Source: Verrucomicrobiota bacterium (GTDB lineage: Bacteria > Verrucomicrobiota > Verrucomicrobiia > Limisphaerales > UBA9464). From it: DNA of 64,000 nucleotides. Of this stretch, positions 27,733-37,806 are shown in pieces. A program made the translations under genes and the position numbers. The stretch covers positions 32,982 through 96,981 of the forward strand of contig VHCG01000006.1 of assembly GCA_016871805.1 (NCBI GenBank), written 5' to 3'. The notes beneath the pieces were generated by a model. The model made no database searches. It had not been told where the DNA came from and saw only the letters and a program-made list of their open reading frames with translations. The stretch's first letter is position 1, and each line of letters begins with the position of its first letter.

Positions 27733-28019
27733 GGTTTGGCGGTGGGCTTCGGCCCGGGATTGTTGGTGGAGAGGTCAAGCACCAGTCCATTCTCGGCGAG
27801 CGCCTTGAGGATCGCCCGGTTGCTGGCGTTGCCGTAGTGGAAGCTCTCCCGGACCAGTCCCTCGAAGGCCTGTCGGTTCACGTTGTGTGTGTGGAGGCGC
27901 AGGGCCTGTCGGTTGGCCATGGCGGTGTAGTAGATGTGCAGCGCACAGAGGGCCGCCAGGACGACCGCCAGACACAGCTGGATCCCGGCGAGAGTGGAGA
28001 GTTGGGATCGGCTCTTCAT
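27729..28019 (-). CDS. Hypothetical single-pass membrane protein (96 aa)
   Basis: TM segment GIQLCLAVVLAALCALHIYY. First gene of a 2-gene unit divergent from the AsnB-like gene. No family recognised. Confidence 0.55.
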   Translation of the reverse strand: MKSRSQLSTLAGIQLCLAVVLAALCALHIYYTAMANRQALRLHTHNVNRQAFEGLVRESFHYGNASNRAILKALAENGLVLDLSTNNPGPKPTAKP

Positions 28020-28149
28020 CGATACGCCCCTAGGCTAGGGGGCGTCGTCGCGGATGGGAAGGATGTCATTCGCGAGGGGTCACACGGAGGGGTTGGGGAC
28101 GGGCTTGATGCTTGCCACCCGACGACCCAGTCGCGAACGTCGGGCTACC

Positions 28150-29472
28150 ATGTCCCATCACTACGTGGAGCGGGTCGTCGACCTGCTCGATCCCTCGGTC
28201 AATCGCCTGGTCAACCTGACGCTTGAGGAGGCCCGGGCCCGGGTGCTGTCGGGCGATGCCGCCGCGGTGGGCGGGATCGAGGGTTCGTTCGCGCTGCTGG
28301 CGCGGGAGGGCAAGACCGCCCGGATGGCGCGCTCCCTCGACCGCCCCATGCGCTACTTCCTTGCCAAACGCCAGGAGGGACCGGCCCTGATCGTGGCCGA
28401 CCGGATCGACGCGATCCACCAGCAGCTCCAGCGCGAGGGCCTGGCCGACCAGTTCCATCCCAGCTACACCCGGATGGTACCCGCCCACTACGTCGTGGAG
28501 ATCCAGCTCATCGGGTGTCCCGACCCCGATCCCGCCTACACCCGGTTCTTCACCCCGGAGCGGAACGCGTTGCCGACAGATCTCGACGAGATCGGTCGTC
28601 GGTACATCGGAGCGCTGGCCGACGAGGTCGCGGCCCAGCTTCGGCTCATCCCCGAGTCCGAGCCCATCGGGGTGGCCTTCTCCGGGGGCATCGATTCCGG
28701 GGCCGTCTTCCTCGTCGCCTACGCCATGATGCGGAAGCTCGGGATGAACCCGGCCCGATTGAAGGCCTTCACCCTGAGCCTTGGCGAGGGGCCCGACCTG
28801 GCCCAGGCCCGCGAGTTCCTGGCCCGACTCGACCTCGGCCTGTTCCTCGAGGAGATCCATGCCGATCCGGCCGACATTGACCACGCCGAGGCCCTGCGTG
28901 TGCTCGAGGACTACAAGCCGCTGGATGTCGAGTGCGGGATCATGGCCCTCGCCCTCTGCCGCGGCATCCGGAAGCGGTACCCCGACTGGAAGTGGCTCTT
29001 CGATGGCGACGGGGGGGACGAGAACCTGAAGGACTATCCGATCGAGGAGAACCCGGAGCTCACGATCCGTTCCGTCGTCCACAACCTCATGCTCTACCAC
29101 GAGGGATGGGGTGTGGGCCGGATCAAGCATTCGCTGACCTACAGTGGCGGCCTCAGCCGCGGCTACGTCCGCACTTATGCTCCGAACCGTCGGTATGGGT
29201 TTCAGGGCCACAGCCCGTTGATGGGACGCGGGGTGATGGCGGTCAGCGAGGGCATCCCGTTCATCGAACTCACCCAGTACGACGTCCCCACCCTCTACTC
29301 CCTCAAGGGCGAGGTGGTGTCCCGTGGGATCCGTCAGCTCTTCGGCATGGAGATGCCGGTGTTTGAGAAGCGTCGATTCCAGCATGGGGCCATCCGACCC
29401 GAGACGCTCCGCAACCATGTTCCCGGACAGGAGGCGGTCTATCGCAGGCAGTTCCTCGCGATGTACCCGTAG
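28150..29472 (+). CDS. Asparagine synthetase B-family protein lacking the N-terminal Cys nucleophile
   Basis: PP-loop VAFSGGIDSGAVFLV and DGDGGDENLKDYP synthetase blocks. The N-terminus is MSHHYVERV, not MCG. Start set at ATG 28150. Confidence 0.8.
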   Translation: MSHHYVERVVDLLDPSVNRLVNLTLEEARARVLSGDAAAVGGIEGSFALLAREGKTARMARSLDRPMRYFLAKRQEGPALIVADRIDAIHQQLQREGLADQFHPSYTRMVPAHYVVEIQLIGCPDPDPAYTRFFTPERNALPTDLDEIGRRYIGALADEVAAQLRLIPESEPIGVAFSGGIDSGAVFLVAYAMMRKLGMNPARLKAFTLSLGEGPDLAQAREFLARLDLGLFLEEIHADPADIDHAEALRVLEDYKPLDVECGIMALALCRGIRKRYPDWKWLFDGDGGDENLKDYPIEENPELTIRSVVHNLMLYHEGWGVGRIKHSLTYSGGLSRGYVRTYAPNRRYGFQGHSPLMGRGVMAVSEGIPFIELTQYDVPTLYSLKGEVVSRGIRQLFGMEMPVFEKRRFQHGAIRPETLRNHVPGQEAVYRRQFLAMYP

Positions 29473-29575
29473 AGGGGCGGGCGGTCCGGGATCCGTGGAG
29501 GTGATCGGTGATCGGTCCGCCTGAGGAATCCTGTTGCTTCGATGGGACCTCTCTCGACACAGTCCCCGCGCTTTC

Positions 29576-29666
<91 letters not shown>

Positions 29667-29783
29667 AGCCTCCTCGGGACTCCTCTTCCGGGTTTGTGAT
29701 CCGGTTCGCACTCTCCCGAGGGTCTGTTGCCGTCCCCCTGCTTGACGATTCCGTCATGTGGTCTCACCAAAGGGGGAGTCACC

Positions 29784-31283
29784 ATGAGCCAGCACCTCTT
29801 CGCCGCGTTCGCCCAGTCGGCTTCCAACCGGTCTGAAAAGCCCGCCCTGTTCTGGGCCCGGGAACAGTTCTCCTACGGCCAGATCCTGCAACAATCCCTC
29901 TGGGTGGGGGCCCGTCTCCGGACGCAGCTCGGGGTCCAGCCCGGCGATCGGGTCGCCCTCTGGCTCCGGAATCGGCCGGAATTCGTCTCGGCCCTCTTCG
30001 GCATCCTCGCCGCCGGCGGCGTCGCGGTCCCGATCAACAACTTCCTCAAGCCGAACGAGATGGCCTACATGCTCGAGGACGCCGGGGTGAAGGTCGTCCT
30101 CACCGAGGACTCCAATCCCGAGGCCCTCGCGGCGCTCCAGAACCTCCGTCCGGATCTCCGAATCCTGCGTGTCGAGGACCTCGTGGTGGATGCCGGACCG
30201 GTCGCGTTCCAGCCGGTCGACCGCAGCCGCTCCGACCTTGCGGTCCTGATCTACACCAGCGGCACGACCGGCAAGCCCAAGGGAGCCATGCTCACGCACG
30301 GCAACCTCCTCCACAACGTCGAGTCCTGCCGTCAGATCCTCCAGATCGTGGACCTCGACCGGCTCGTGCTCCTGCTGCCGATGTTCCACAGCTTCATGCT
30401 CACGGTTGGCATCCTGCTGCCGTTGCTGGTCGGCGGTTCGATCGTCCTGATCAAGTCCCTGACCCCGCCCAAGGCGATGATCGAGGAGATCCTGATCAAC
30501 CAGGGGACCGTCCTGCCGGCGATGGCGCAGGTGTTCCGGGCGCTGTCGGGTCTGCCCCCGGGCATCGAGCTGTCTCTCCGCCTCTGCGTCAGCGGTGCCG
30601 GGCCGCTCCCGATGGAGATCCTCAAGGGGTTCAATGCACGGCATCCGAAGGTCCCGCTCATCGAAGGCTATGGCCTGAGCGAGGCCAGCCCGGTGGTGTC
30701 GGTGAACCCCATCCAAGGACCCTGGATCCCCGGCACCATCGGGATCCCGATCCCGGATGTGGAGATGACCGTGCAGGACGATTCCGGGGCACTGCTCGCC
30801 GACGGGGTCGATGGCGAGATCTGCGTCCGGGGTGGAAACGTGATGGCCGGGTATTGGAACGCCCCGGAGAAGACCGCGGAGACCCTGGTGGGCGGCTGGC
30901 TGCGGACGGGCGACATCGGCCACCGACGGCCCGACGGCTACTACGTCATCACGGACCGCAAGAAGGACATGCTCAAGCCCAACGGCATCAATGTGTACCC
31001 CCGCGAGATCGAGGAGGTGCTCTACGGGTTCCAGGGCATCCGCGAGTGCGCCGTCGTGGGCGAGCCCGACGAGCGGCGTGGGGAGCGGGTCATTGCGTTC
31101 GCTGCGATGGACGAGGGGCGGGTGTTCGACGAGAAGGCGGTGATCGCGTTCCTCAAGGAGCGCCTTGCCGACTACAAGGTCCCGCGTCGCGTGATCCCGC
31201 TGCCTGCGTTGCCCCGCAATGCCACGGGCAAGATCCTGAAGACGTTCCTGCGCGAGATGCTTCGGACGGACTCGGCGTCCTGA
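29784..31283 (+). CDS. fadD: Long-chain-fatty-acid--CoA ligase (AMP-dependent synthetase)
   Basis: AMP-binding motif IYTSGTTGKPKGAML, plus TGDIG and PRNATGKILK. ATG 29784 is preceded by agggggag. Confidence 0.9.
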   Translation: MSQHLFAAFAQSASNRSEKPALFWAREQFSYGQILQQSLWVGARLRTQLGVQPGDRVALWLRNRPEFVSALFGILAAGGVAVPINNFLKPNEMAYMLEDAGVKVVLTEDSNPEALAALQNLRPDLRILRVEDLVVDAGPVAFQPVDRSRSDLAVLIYTSGTTGKPKGAMLTHGNLLHNVESCRQILQIVDLDRLVLLLPMFHSFMLTVGILLPLLVGGSIVLIKSLTPPKAMIEEILINQGTVLPAMAQVFRALSGLPPGIELSLRLCVSGAGPLPMEILKGFNARHPKVPLIEGYGLSEASPVVSVNPIQGPWIPGTIGIPIPDVEMTVQDDSGALLADGVDGEICVRGGNVMAGYWNAPEKTAETLVGGWLRTGDIGHRRPDGYYVITDRKKDMLKPNGINVYPREIEEVLYGFQGIRECAVVGEPDERRGERVIAFAAMDEGRVFDEKAVIAFLKERLADYKVPRRVIPLPALPRNATGKILKTFLREMLRTDSAS

Positions 31284-31529
31284 GCAACGGGAGGGGTTGG
31301 GTCTCACGTCGGCGCTGGACGACGGGACTCGCGGGGAGACGAAGGATCCGGAGGGCCAGGCCGGCATCCCAGCGGGGAGGTCGGGGAACGATGAACCTTT
31401 GCGAGGATCGGGCCGGATTTCTGACCCACATCCTGAAGGGCTGCGTCACATCTGCGGGGGCGGCGTGGGCCGATTCCTATGTCGGAGCCGTGTCCGAGGA
31501 ACCCGAACCCTCGATCCGGTGTGCAGATC

Positions 31530-31603
31530 TGGCTGGCCGACATGGATTCGAACCATGACTAAGGGCTCCAAAGACCCCTGTGCTACCTTTACACCATCGG
31601 CCA
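31530..31603 (-). tRNA. tRNA-Gln (anticodon UUG), CCA encoded
   Basis: The reverse complement folds as acceptor TGGCCGA/TCGGCCA, anticodon loop CTTTGGA, T-arm CATGG-TTCGAAT-CCATG, then G-CCA. Confidence 0.9.
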
Positions 31604-31775
31604 AACGCGGCGTGAACGTATGCAGCGCAGCCGGGACGGCAATCGCAAACTGAAGGGTCGCCATGATCCTTGAGCGTCGTCGCGGGGCAGGACCTTGAAA
31701 GGGACCCGATGGACGCACGGGCGGATCAAAAACATCCTCTTTACTCCAGGGCCTTCGTTCCCATCCTCAGGTCGC

Positions 31776-33773
31776 ATGTCGGCAGCGCCGCAGTCCGCGG
31801 TGGTCGGGACCCCGACCACCCAAGGAGGATACGATTCCAACAACAGCACGGTACCGGGATTGGACCAAGCCATCACCCGGTCCCAAGTCTTTTTGCTGTC
31901 CGAGCAGAAACCCGAGGGCTACTGGATCGGTGAGCTCCTCGTCGACGCCACACTGGTCGCGGACCTCGTCGTTTTCTACCACTGGTGGGGTCGGGTCGAT
32001 CGCGAGTGGGAGCGTCGTGCGGTCAACCACATCCTCGGCAAACAGCTGCTCGATGGCGGCTGGAACATTTATCCGAATGGTCCGGCGGAAGTGAACGCCA
32101 CCATCAAGGCGTACGTGGCCCTCAAGCTCGCGGGCTTGCCAGCCACCGATCCCCACATGCTGAAGGCCCGTGAGATGGCCTTCTCCCTCGGCGGGGTTCC
32201 GAGGATGAACACGTTCTCGAAGCTGTACCTGGCGCTGATCGGCCTAGTCGGCTGGAACCACGTCCCGACCATCCCCTCCGAGGTTCTTCTGATCGGTAAA
32301 TGGTTCCATGTGAACTTCTGGGACATGAGCAACTGGTCCCGCGCCATGCTCGTCCCCCTTGCGATCATCAACCATTTCCGGCCGACCCGGCCCCTGGCGG
32401 CGGGGGTGACGCTCGACGAGCTCTATCCGAACGGAAAATGGGAGCTCAACGAGACGCTGCGTCCCCGGTACTTCGACTTCAGCCTGCGCAACGCGTTCCT
32501 CTGGCTCGACAGGCTCCACAAACTGGCGGAGTGGTTCGCGCGTCACGGTCTGCATCCGTTCCGAAAGCGCGCGCTCAAGAAGGCCGAGCAGTGGATGCTC
32601 GAGCGTTTCGAGGGCAGCGACGGTCTCGCCGCCATCTTCCCGGGCATAGTGAACTCGATCATCGCCATGAAGGCGCTGGGCTATCCGGACGACCACCCGG
32701 AGGTCGTCCGCGCCCATGGCGAGCTGCTCAAGCACATGCACCAAGAGCCGGACTCGGTCCGGATGGAGCCGTGCCTCTCCCCGGTCTGGGACACCGCCAT
32801 CGTCGAGATCTGCCTGCGCGAGTCCGGCGTGCCTGCGGATCATCCCAAGATCAAGCGGGCGGCCAGCTGGATGATGGATCTCGAGATCCGGTTCCGTGGA
32901 GACTGGCAGCACAAGAACCCCGCCGACGTCGAGCCCTCTGGATGGGTGTTCGAGTTCGCGAACAAGTGGAACCCGGATGTCGACGACACCGCGATGGTGC
33001 TGCTGGCGTTGAGGGGGATCCCGACCGACGACCGCGTGCGCCGCGACGAGTGCTTCGCCCGTGGTCTCAAGTGGATGCTGACCTTCCAGTGTCGGGACGG
33101 CGGATGGGCGGCGTTCGACAAGGACTGCACGAACTCGATCCTCGAAAAGGTGCCGTTCGCCGACCACAACGCGATGCTCGATCCGGAGTGCGCCGACATC
33201 ACGGCCCGGATCCTCGAGCTGATGGGGTATGAGGGCTACACGCTCGACAACCCGCAGGTGAAGGAGGCCATGCGCTTCCTCATCAAGACCCAGGAGGCCG
33301 ACGGATCGTGGTTCGGTCGCTGGGGCGTGAACTACATCTACGGCACCTGGCAGGTGCTGCGCGGTGTGCGGGCCTTGAAGGTCGACATGAACCAGCCGTG
33401 GCTCCAGAAGGCGCGCCACTGGCTGTTGGGTGTCCAGCAGCCCGACGGCGGCTGGGGCGAACGGTGCAACACCTACGACGATCCGATCTTCAAGGGCAGC
33501 GGTCCGAGCACCGCCTCCCAGACCGCCTGGGCCATCATGGGGCTCTGTGCGTTCGGGGATTCCCACTGCGCGGCTCTCCGACGGGGCATCGAATACCTCG
33601 TCCGGACCCAGAACGAGGATGGATCCTGGACCGAGGAGGAGGTCACCGGGACCGGGTTCCCGAAGGTGTTCTATCTCAAGTACGACATGTACCGGAACTC
33701 CTGGCCGCTCCTTGCCCTGGCCACCTACCGGAAGCTGCTCCGGGGGGGAGAGCCCGGGGACATCAAGGCCTGA
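31776..33773 (+). CDS. shc: Squalene-hopene cyclase
   Basis: DVDDTA (DxDD) catalytic motif and multiple QW repeats (QLLDGGWNIY, QCRDGGWAAF, QEADGSWFGRWG, QQPDGGWGE, QNEDGSWTEE). Confidence 0.95.
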   Translation: MSAAPQSAVVGTPTTQGGYDSNNSTVPGLDQAITRSQVFLLSEQKPEGYWIGELLVDATLVADLVVFYHWWGRVDREWERRAVNHILGKQLLDGGWNIYPNGPAEVNATIKAYVALKLAGLPATDPHMLKAREMAFSLGGVPRMNTFSKLYLALIGLVGWNHVPTIPSEVLLIGKWFHVNFWDMSNWSRAMLVPLAIINHFRPTRPLAAGVTLDELYPNGKWELNETLRPRYFDFSLRNAFLWLDRLHKLAEWFARHGLHPFRKRALKKAEQWMLERFEGSDGLAAIFPGIVNSIIAMKALGYPDDHPEVVRAHGELLKHMHQEPDSVRMEPCLSPVWDTAIVEICLRESGVPADHPKIKRAASWMMDLEIRFRGDWQHKNPADVEPSGWVFEFANKWNPDVDDTAMVLLALRGIPTDDRVRRDECFARGLKWMLTFQCRDGGWAAFDKDCTNSILEKVPFADHNAMLDPECADITARILELMGYEGYTLDNPQVKEAMRFLIKTQEADGSWFGRWGVNYIYGTWQVLRGVRALKVDMNQPWLQKARHWLLGVQQPDGGWGERCNTYDDPIFKGSGPSTASQTAWAIMGLCAFGDSHCAALRRGIEYLVRTQNEDGSWTEEEVTGTGFPKVFYLKYDMYRNSWPLLALATYRKLLRGGEPGDIKA

Positions 33774-33839
33774 GCCCAAGCCCAAGCCCAGATCCCGGCC
33801 CGTCTGCGGCCCGGTTTCCTGTCCGACCCCTTTGGTGGG

Positions 33840-35405
33840 TCACTTCGCGAACTCCACGCACCGCGTCTCGCGCACGACGGTGATCCGGATCTGTCCCGGA
33901 TAGAGGAGGTCCTCCTCGATCCGGTGGGCGATCTGCCGGGCCAGCTGGTAGGAGGCCGCGTCGTCGAGCTCCTCCGGCTTCACCATCACGCGCAGTTCCC
34001 GTCCGGCCTGGACGGCGTAGGCCTTCTCGACCCCGGCGAAACCCGTGGCGATCCGCTCGAGGTTCTCCAGCCGCTGCAGGTAGGTCGTCATCGACTCGCT
34101 CCGGCTCCCGGGTCGGCTCGCGCTGATGGCATCGGCCGCCGAGACGAGGATGCCCAGCAGGTTCTCGTGCGGCACCTCGTCGTGATGGGACGCCACCGCG
34201 TTGACGATGTGGGGCGGCTGGCCCTGCTGCCGAAGGAAATTTCCGCCCACGATGGCGTGCGGACCCTCGACCTCCTGCGACAGGGCCTTGCCGATGTCGT
34301 GGAGCAGGCCGGACAGCTTCGCGGCCTGGATGTCCTGGCCCATCTCGGCGGCCATCAGACCGGTGAGGTGGGCGACTTCGACCGAATGGTGGAGGACGTT
34401 CTGGGAGTAGCTGTAGCGGAAATGGAGTTTGCCCAAGAGCCGGGCGATCTCGGGACGCAGCGGGGGAAGGCCTGTCCGTGCCACGGCGGCCTCCCCGGTC
34501 TGGAGGATGAATCCCTCCATCTCGGTGTTCACCGCCGTCACGACCTCCTCGATCCGGGCCGGGTGGATACGCCCGTCGAGGACCAGCCGTTCCATCGCAA
34601 GCCGGGCGACCTCGCGTCGGACCGGGTCGAAGGCCGAGAGCACCACCGCGTTGGGGGTGTCATCGACGAGGACCGTCACGCCGGTGATGGACTCGAACGC
34701 GCGGATGTTCCGTCCCTCCCGGCCGATGATGCGTCCCTTCATCTCCGAGCCGGAGACCGCCACGGTCGCGGTGGTGGACTCGAAGGTCTGGGTGGCGGCG
34801 TAGCGTTGCAGTGTGATGCCCACGATGCGCCTCGCCTCGGTCTCCGCGTCGCGACGGGCGTTCTCGAGCAGGTGGCGGCTCAGGTCGGCGGCGTCCTTCC
34901 GCGCCTCCCGTTCGACCTCCTGGAGCAGCATTGTCCGGGCGCCTTCGGCATCGAGCCCGGCAATCGACTCGAGCCGCGCCCGGGCCTCGACCCGCTGCTG
35001 GCGGAGCTGCTGGCGTTCGTGATCGAGGGCGGTCCGGTCGGACTCCAGCGTCCGGGATCGGGTGTCGATCTCCGACTCGAGCCGGGCGATGCGGTCCAGC
35101 TGGCGGTCCACGGTCGACTCCCGCTCCCCCAGTCGGCGTTCCTCGGCGGCGATCGTGTCCTGGCGGCTGGACAGCGCCTTCTCCAGCTCGACCCGGTCCC
35201 GGACCAGCTGCTCCTGGGCGGCGAGCTTGGCCGCCAGCTGGGCGGCTTCCGTCTCGCGACGGAGCCGGTCCTGCCACGACTGCTGCTCGGCCAGCCGGGC
35301 TGCTGCCGTGGCCTGCTCGCGTTTTCGGGCACGCGCGAGGGCGACACCGATTCCCGCCGCCGCGGTGAGCGCAGAGATGCAGAGGATCAGCGGGTTCGAA
35401 GGCAT
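33840..35405 (-). CDS. rny: Ribonuclease Y
   Basis: N-terminal TM, long coiled coil, KH domain (GRIIGREGRNIRAFE), HD domain (HSVEVAHL...LLHDIGK). Confidence 0.95.
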   Translation of the reverse strand: MPSNPLILCISALTAAAGIGVALARARKREQATAAARLAEQQSWQDRLRRETEAAQLAAKLAAQEQLVRDRVELEKALSSRQDTIAAEERRLGERESTVDRQLDRIARLESEIDTRSRTLESDRTALDHERQQLRQQRVEARARLESIAGLDAEGARTMLLQEVEREARKDAADLSRHLLENARRDAETEARRIVGITLQRYAATQTFESTTATVAVSGSEMKGRIIGREGRNIRAFESITGVTVLVDDTPNAVVLSAFDPVRREVARLAMERLVLDGRIHPARIEEVVTAVNTEMEGFILQTGEAAVARTGLPPLRPEIARLLGKLHFRYSYSQNVLHHSVEVAHLTGLMAAEMGQDIQAAKLSGLLHDIGKALSQEVEGPHAIVGGNFLRQQGQPPHIVNAVASHHDEVPHENLLGILVSAADAISASRPGSRSESMTTYLQRLENLERIATGFAGVEKAYAVQAGRELRVMVKPEELDDAASYQLARQIAHRIEEDLLYPGQIRITVVRETRCVEFAK

Positions 35406-35409
35406 CGGG

Positions 35410-35994
35410 TCAGGAGCGTCGTGCAGGTCCCTCGTGGATCCCCGAGGGCGTCAGGACGTAGTCCATCGGCAGGTCATGGGCCTCGACAGGCAGATGCGGC
35501 ACGATCTGGATGTCCAGCCCCACCCCGAACCGGATGGCGTTGGTCCCTGCCAGCAGTCGGTCATAGAATCCGGCGCCGCGTCCGAGTCTTGCCCCATCTG
35601 TCGTGAACCCTAGGCCCGGGACCAAAACCAAGTCCAGTCTCGGTAGGGGAACGTTGAGGCAGCCCTGGGAGGGTTCCCGAATGCCATAGCGTCCGGTGGT
35701 GAGGTCGGCCGCGGGGCGTTCGATGCGACGGGCCCCGTAGGCTTCGATGAGGGGATCGAAGGCCGGTAGAGCCACCTCCTTGCCCTCGTCGAGCGCGGTC
35801 TGCAGCAGGGGCCAGACATCCGGCTCGTCCTCCCTCGGGGCGAACAGCAGGACGCACCGGGAGAACCGCCAGTGGGGATGGAGCCGGATCCGCTCCCGCA
35901 GCGCCGCGGATCCCTCCTCCCGCGCCCCGGGGGGGAGTTCCCGGATCCATTGGCGGAGCCGGGTTCGGATCTCGGATTTGGAGGACGGCATCAC
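35410..35994 (-). CDS. 5-formyltetrahydrofolate cyclo-ligase
   Basis: MTHFS pattern: KSEIRTRLR..., LPAF, GIREP, DLVLVPGLGFTTDGARLGRGAGFYDR. 4-nt overlap with rarA. Confidence 0.85.
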   Translation of the reverse strand: MMPSSKSEIRTRLRQWIRELPPGAREEGSAALRERIRLHPHWRFSRCVLLFAPREDEPDVWPLLQTALDEGKEVALPAFDPLIEAYGARRIERPAADLTTGRYGIREPSQGCLNVPLPRLDLVLVPGLGFTTDGARLGRGAGFYDRLLAGTNAIRFGVGLDIQIVPHLPVEAHDLPMDYVLTPSGIHEGPARRS

Positions 35995-37403
35995 GGGATC
36001 TGGGACTGGGACGGCGATGGGGATGGCAATGGCGTTTGGGACTGCGCCTCGCGCCAGCGCATGACCCGCTCCTTGATCTTCTTCTCCACGCCCTGTTCGG
36101 ACGGTTCGTAGAACCGTCTCGGCGCACCGAGGTGGTCCTGGGCCACGTGGTGGCCCGGGAAATCGTGGGCGTACTGGTACCCGACCCCGTGTCCGAGCCG
36201 CTTCGATCCCGGATAGTGGCCGTCGCGGAGGTGCTGGGGCACAGGCAGCGTGCGTCCGTTCCGGACGTCCTCGAGCGCGGCATCGATCGACATGATGACC
36301 GTGTTGCTCTTGTGGGCCGTCGCGATGTAGAGGGCGGCCTCGGCGATCGGGATCCGCGCCTCGGGCCAGCCGATGACCTCGGCGGCCTGACAGGCCGAGG
36401 TCGCAAGGACGAGCGCCATCGGGTCGGCCAGACCCACGTCCTCGGCCGCGTGGATCATGATCCTTCGGGCGATGAACCGTGGGTCCTCCCCGGCGTGGAT
36501 CATCTTCGCCAGCCAGTAGAGCGTCGCGTCGGGGTCGGATCCCCGCATCGATTTGATGAAGGCGCTGATCGTGTCGTAGTGCGCATCACCGTCCCCGTCA
36601 TAGACGATGGCCTTCTTCTGGATCGACTCCTCGGCGACGCCCAGGTCGATCCGGATCACGCCATCGGATCCGGGGGGCGTGGTCAGGGCGGCGATCTCGA
36701 GGGAGTTGAGGGCCTTGCGGGCGTCCCCATCGGAGATCCGTGCCAGGTGCTGCAGGGCGTCGAGGGCGGCCTCGACCCGCAGGTATCCGAGGCCCCGATC
36801 GACATCCGAGAGGGCGTGCTGGAGCAGGTGTAGAAGATCGTCCTCCGTGAGCGGACGCAGCTCGAAGATCTGGGACCGCGACACCAGCGGTGAGTTGACG
36901 AAGAAGAAGGGGTTGTGGGTGGTGGCTCCGACGAGCTTGATCACGCCCGATTCGACGTCCGGCAGCAGGACGTCCTGCTGGGATTTGCTGAACCGGTGGA
37001 TCTCGTCGACGAACAGGAGGGTCGGCTGCCCTGTGTTTTGGAGGCGATGGCTGGCGCCGCTGAGGATATGTCGCATGTCGGCGACGTTCGATTCTACCCC
37101 GCTGAGTCGCTCGAATCGGCATCGCGACTGGGTTGCGATGATCTGGGCGAGGGAGGTCTTCCCGGTCCCGGGGGGGCCGTAGAGGATGAGAGATTGGATC
37201 CGATCGGCCTCGATGGCCCGGCGCAGGAGCTTGCCGGGGCCGAGGATGTGGGACTGGCCCGTGTACTCCGCGAGCGTCCGGGGTCGGAGCCGGGCGGCCA
37301 GCGGGGCAGGGGACGACACGGTTCCGGCGGCTTTCGCGGCCGCCGGCGGGACCGGGGAGTCCCCGACCACGAACAGGTCATCCTGCGCCATGCGCACCAG
37401 CAT
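35991..37403 (-). CDS. rarA: Replication-associated recombination protein A (AAA+ ATPase)
   Basis: LAARLRPRTLAEYTGQSHILG, Walker A LILYGPPGTGKTSLA, Walker B LFVDEIHRF, MgsA C-terminal domain. Start at 37403 or 37391. Confidence 0.9.
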   Translation of the reverse strand: MLVRMAQDDLFVVGDSPVPPAAAKAAGTVSSPAPLAARLRPRTLAEYTGQSHILGPGKLLRRAIEADRIQSLILYGPPGTGKTSLAQIIATQSRCRFERLSGVESNVADMRHILSGASHRLQNTGQPTLLFVDEIHRFSKSQQDVLLPDVESGVIKLVGATTHNPFFFVNSPLVSRSQIFELRPLTEDDLLHLLQHALSDVDRGLGYLRVEAALDALQHLARISDGDARKALNSLEIAALTTPPGSDGVIRIDLGVAEESIQKKAIVYDGDGDAHYDTISAFIKSMRGSDPDATLYWLAKMIHAGEDPRFIARRIMIHAAEDVGLADPMALVLATSACQAAEVIGWPEARIPIAEAALYIATAHKSNTVIMSIDAALEDVRNGRTLPVPQHLRDGHYPGSKRLGHGVGYQYAHDFPGHHVAQDHLGAPRRFYEPSEQGVEKKIKERVMRWREAQSQTPLPSPSPSQSQIP

Positions 37404-37806
37404 TCCTGAATCCTGGCCGGTCAGCCAGCTCCCCGGTGGGTCCGATTCCAGATTCCTGGGCGTTTTTGAGAAGCAGCCGGTCGGGTCGTGTTGGGATCCC
37501 CGGGCATCCATCAGGGGCCGGCACAGCCCCTCAAACCGCGTGGGGACGGGCGTTTTTGGGCCATTCCGGCTGGAATGCCGTCGAGAGTCCGTTGCAGCGA
37601 TGCGAGGACCCCGGGGTGGCATCCGGGGTGCTTTATCAGAACGCAGATGGTGCTTCGTCGCTGGGACGGGCTTCCGGAGTCCGTGTCAGTACATCACTGC
37701 ACTACCCATCCCCACCGGGGTCATCCCGGCGGCGGGCACCGTCGTGAATGGGTCGCCGTCGGAGACGTCCGGCGGCGACCTTCTTCATGACCGACCCCTG
37801 CTGGGT

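Noticed and set aside
37455-37500. gagaagcagcc string resembling the SRP (4.5S) RNA domain IV motif GGAAGCAGCC
   Set aside because: The surrounding sequence lacks the conserved GGUCAGGUCCGGAAGGAAGCAGCC context and a complementary 3' strand. It does not fold into the SRP hairpin.
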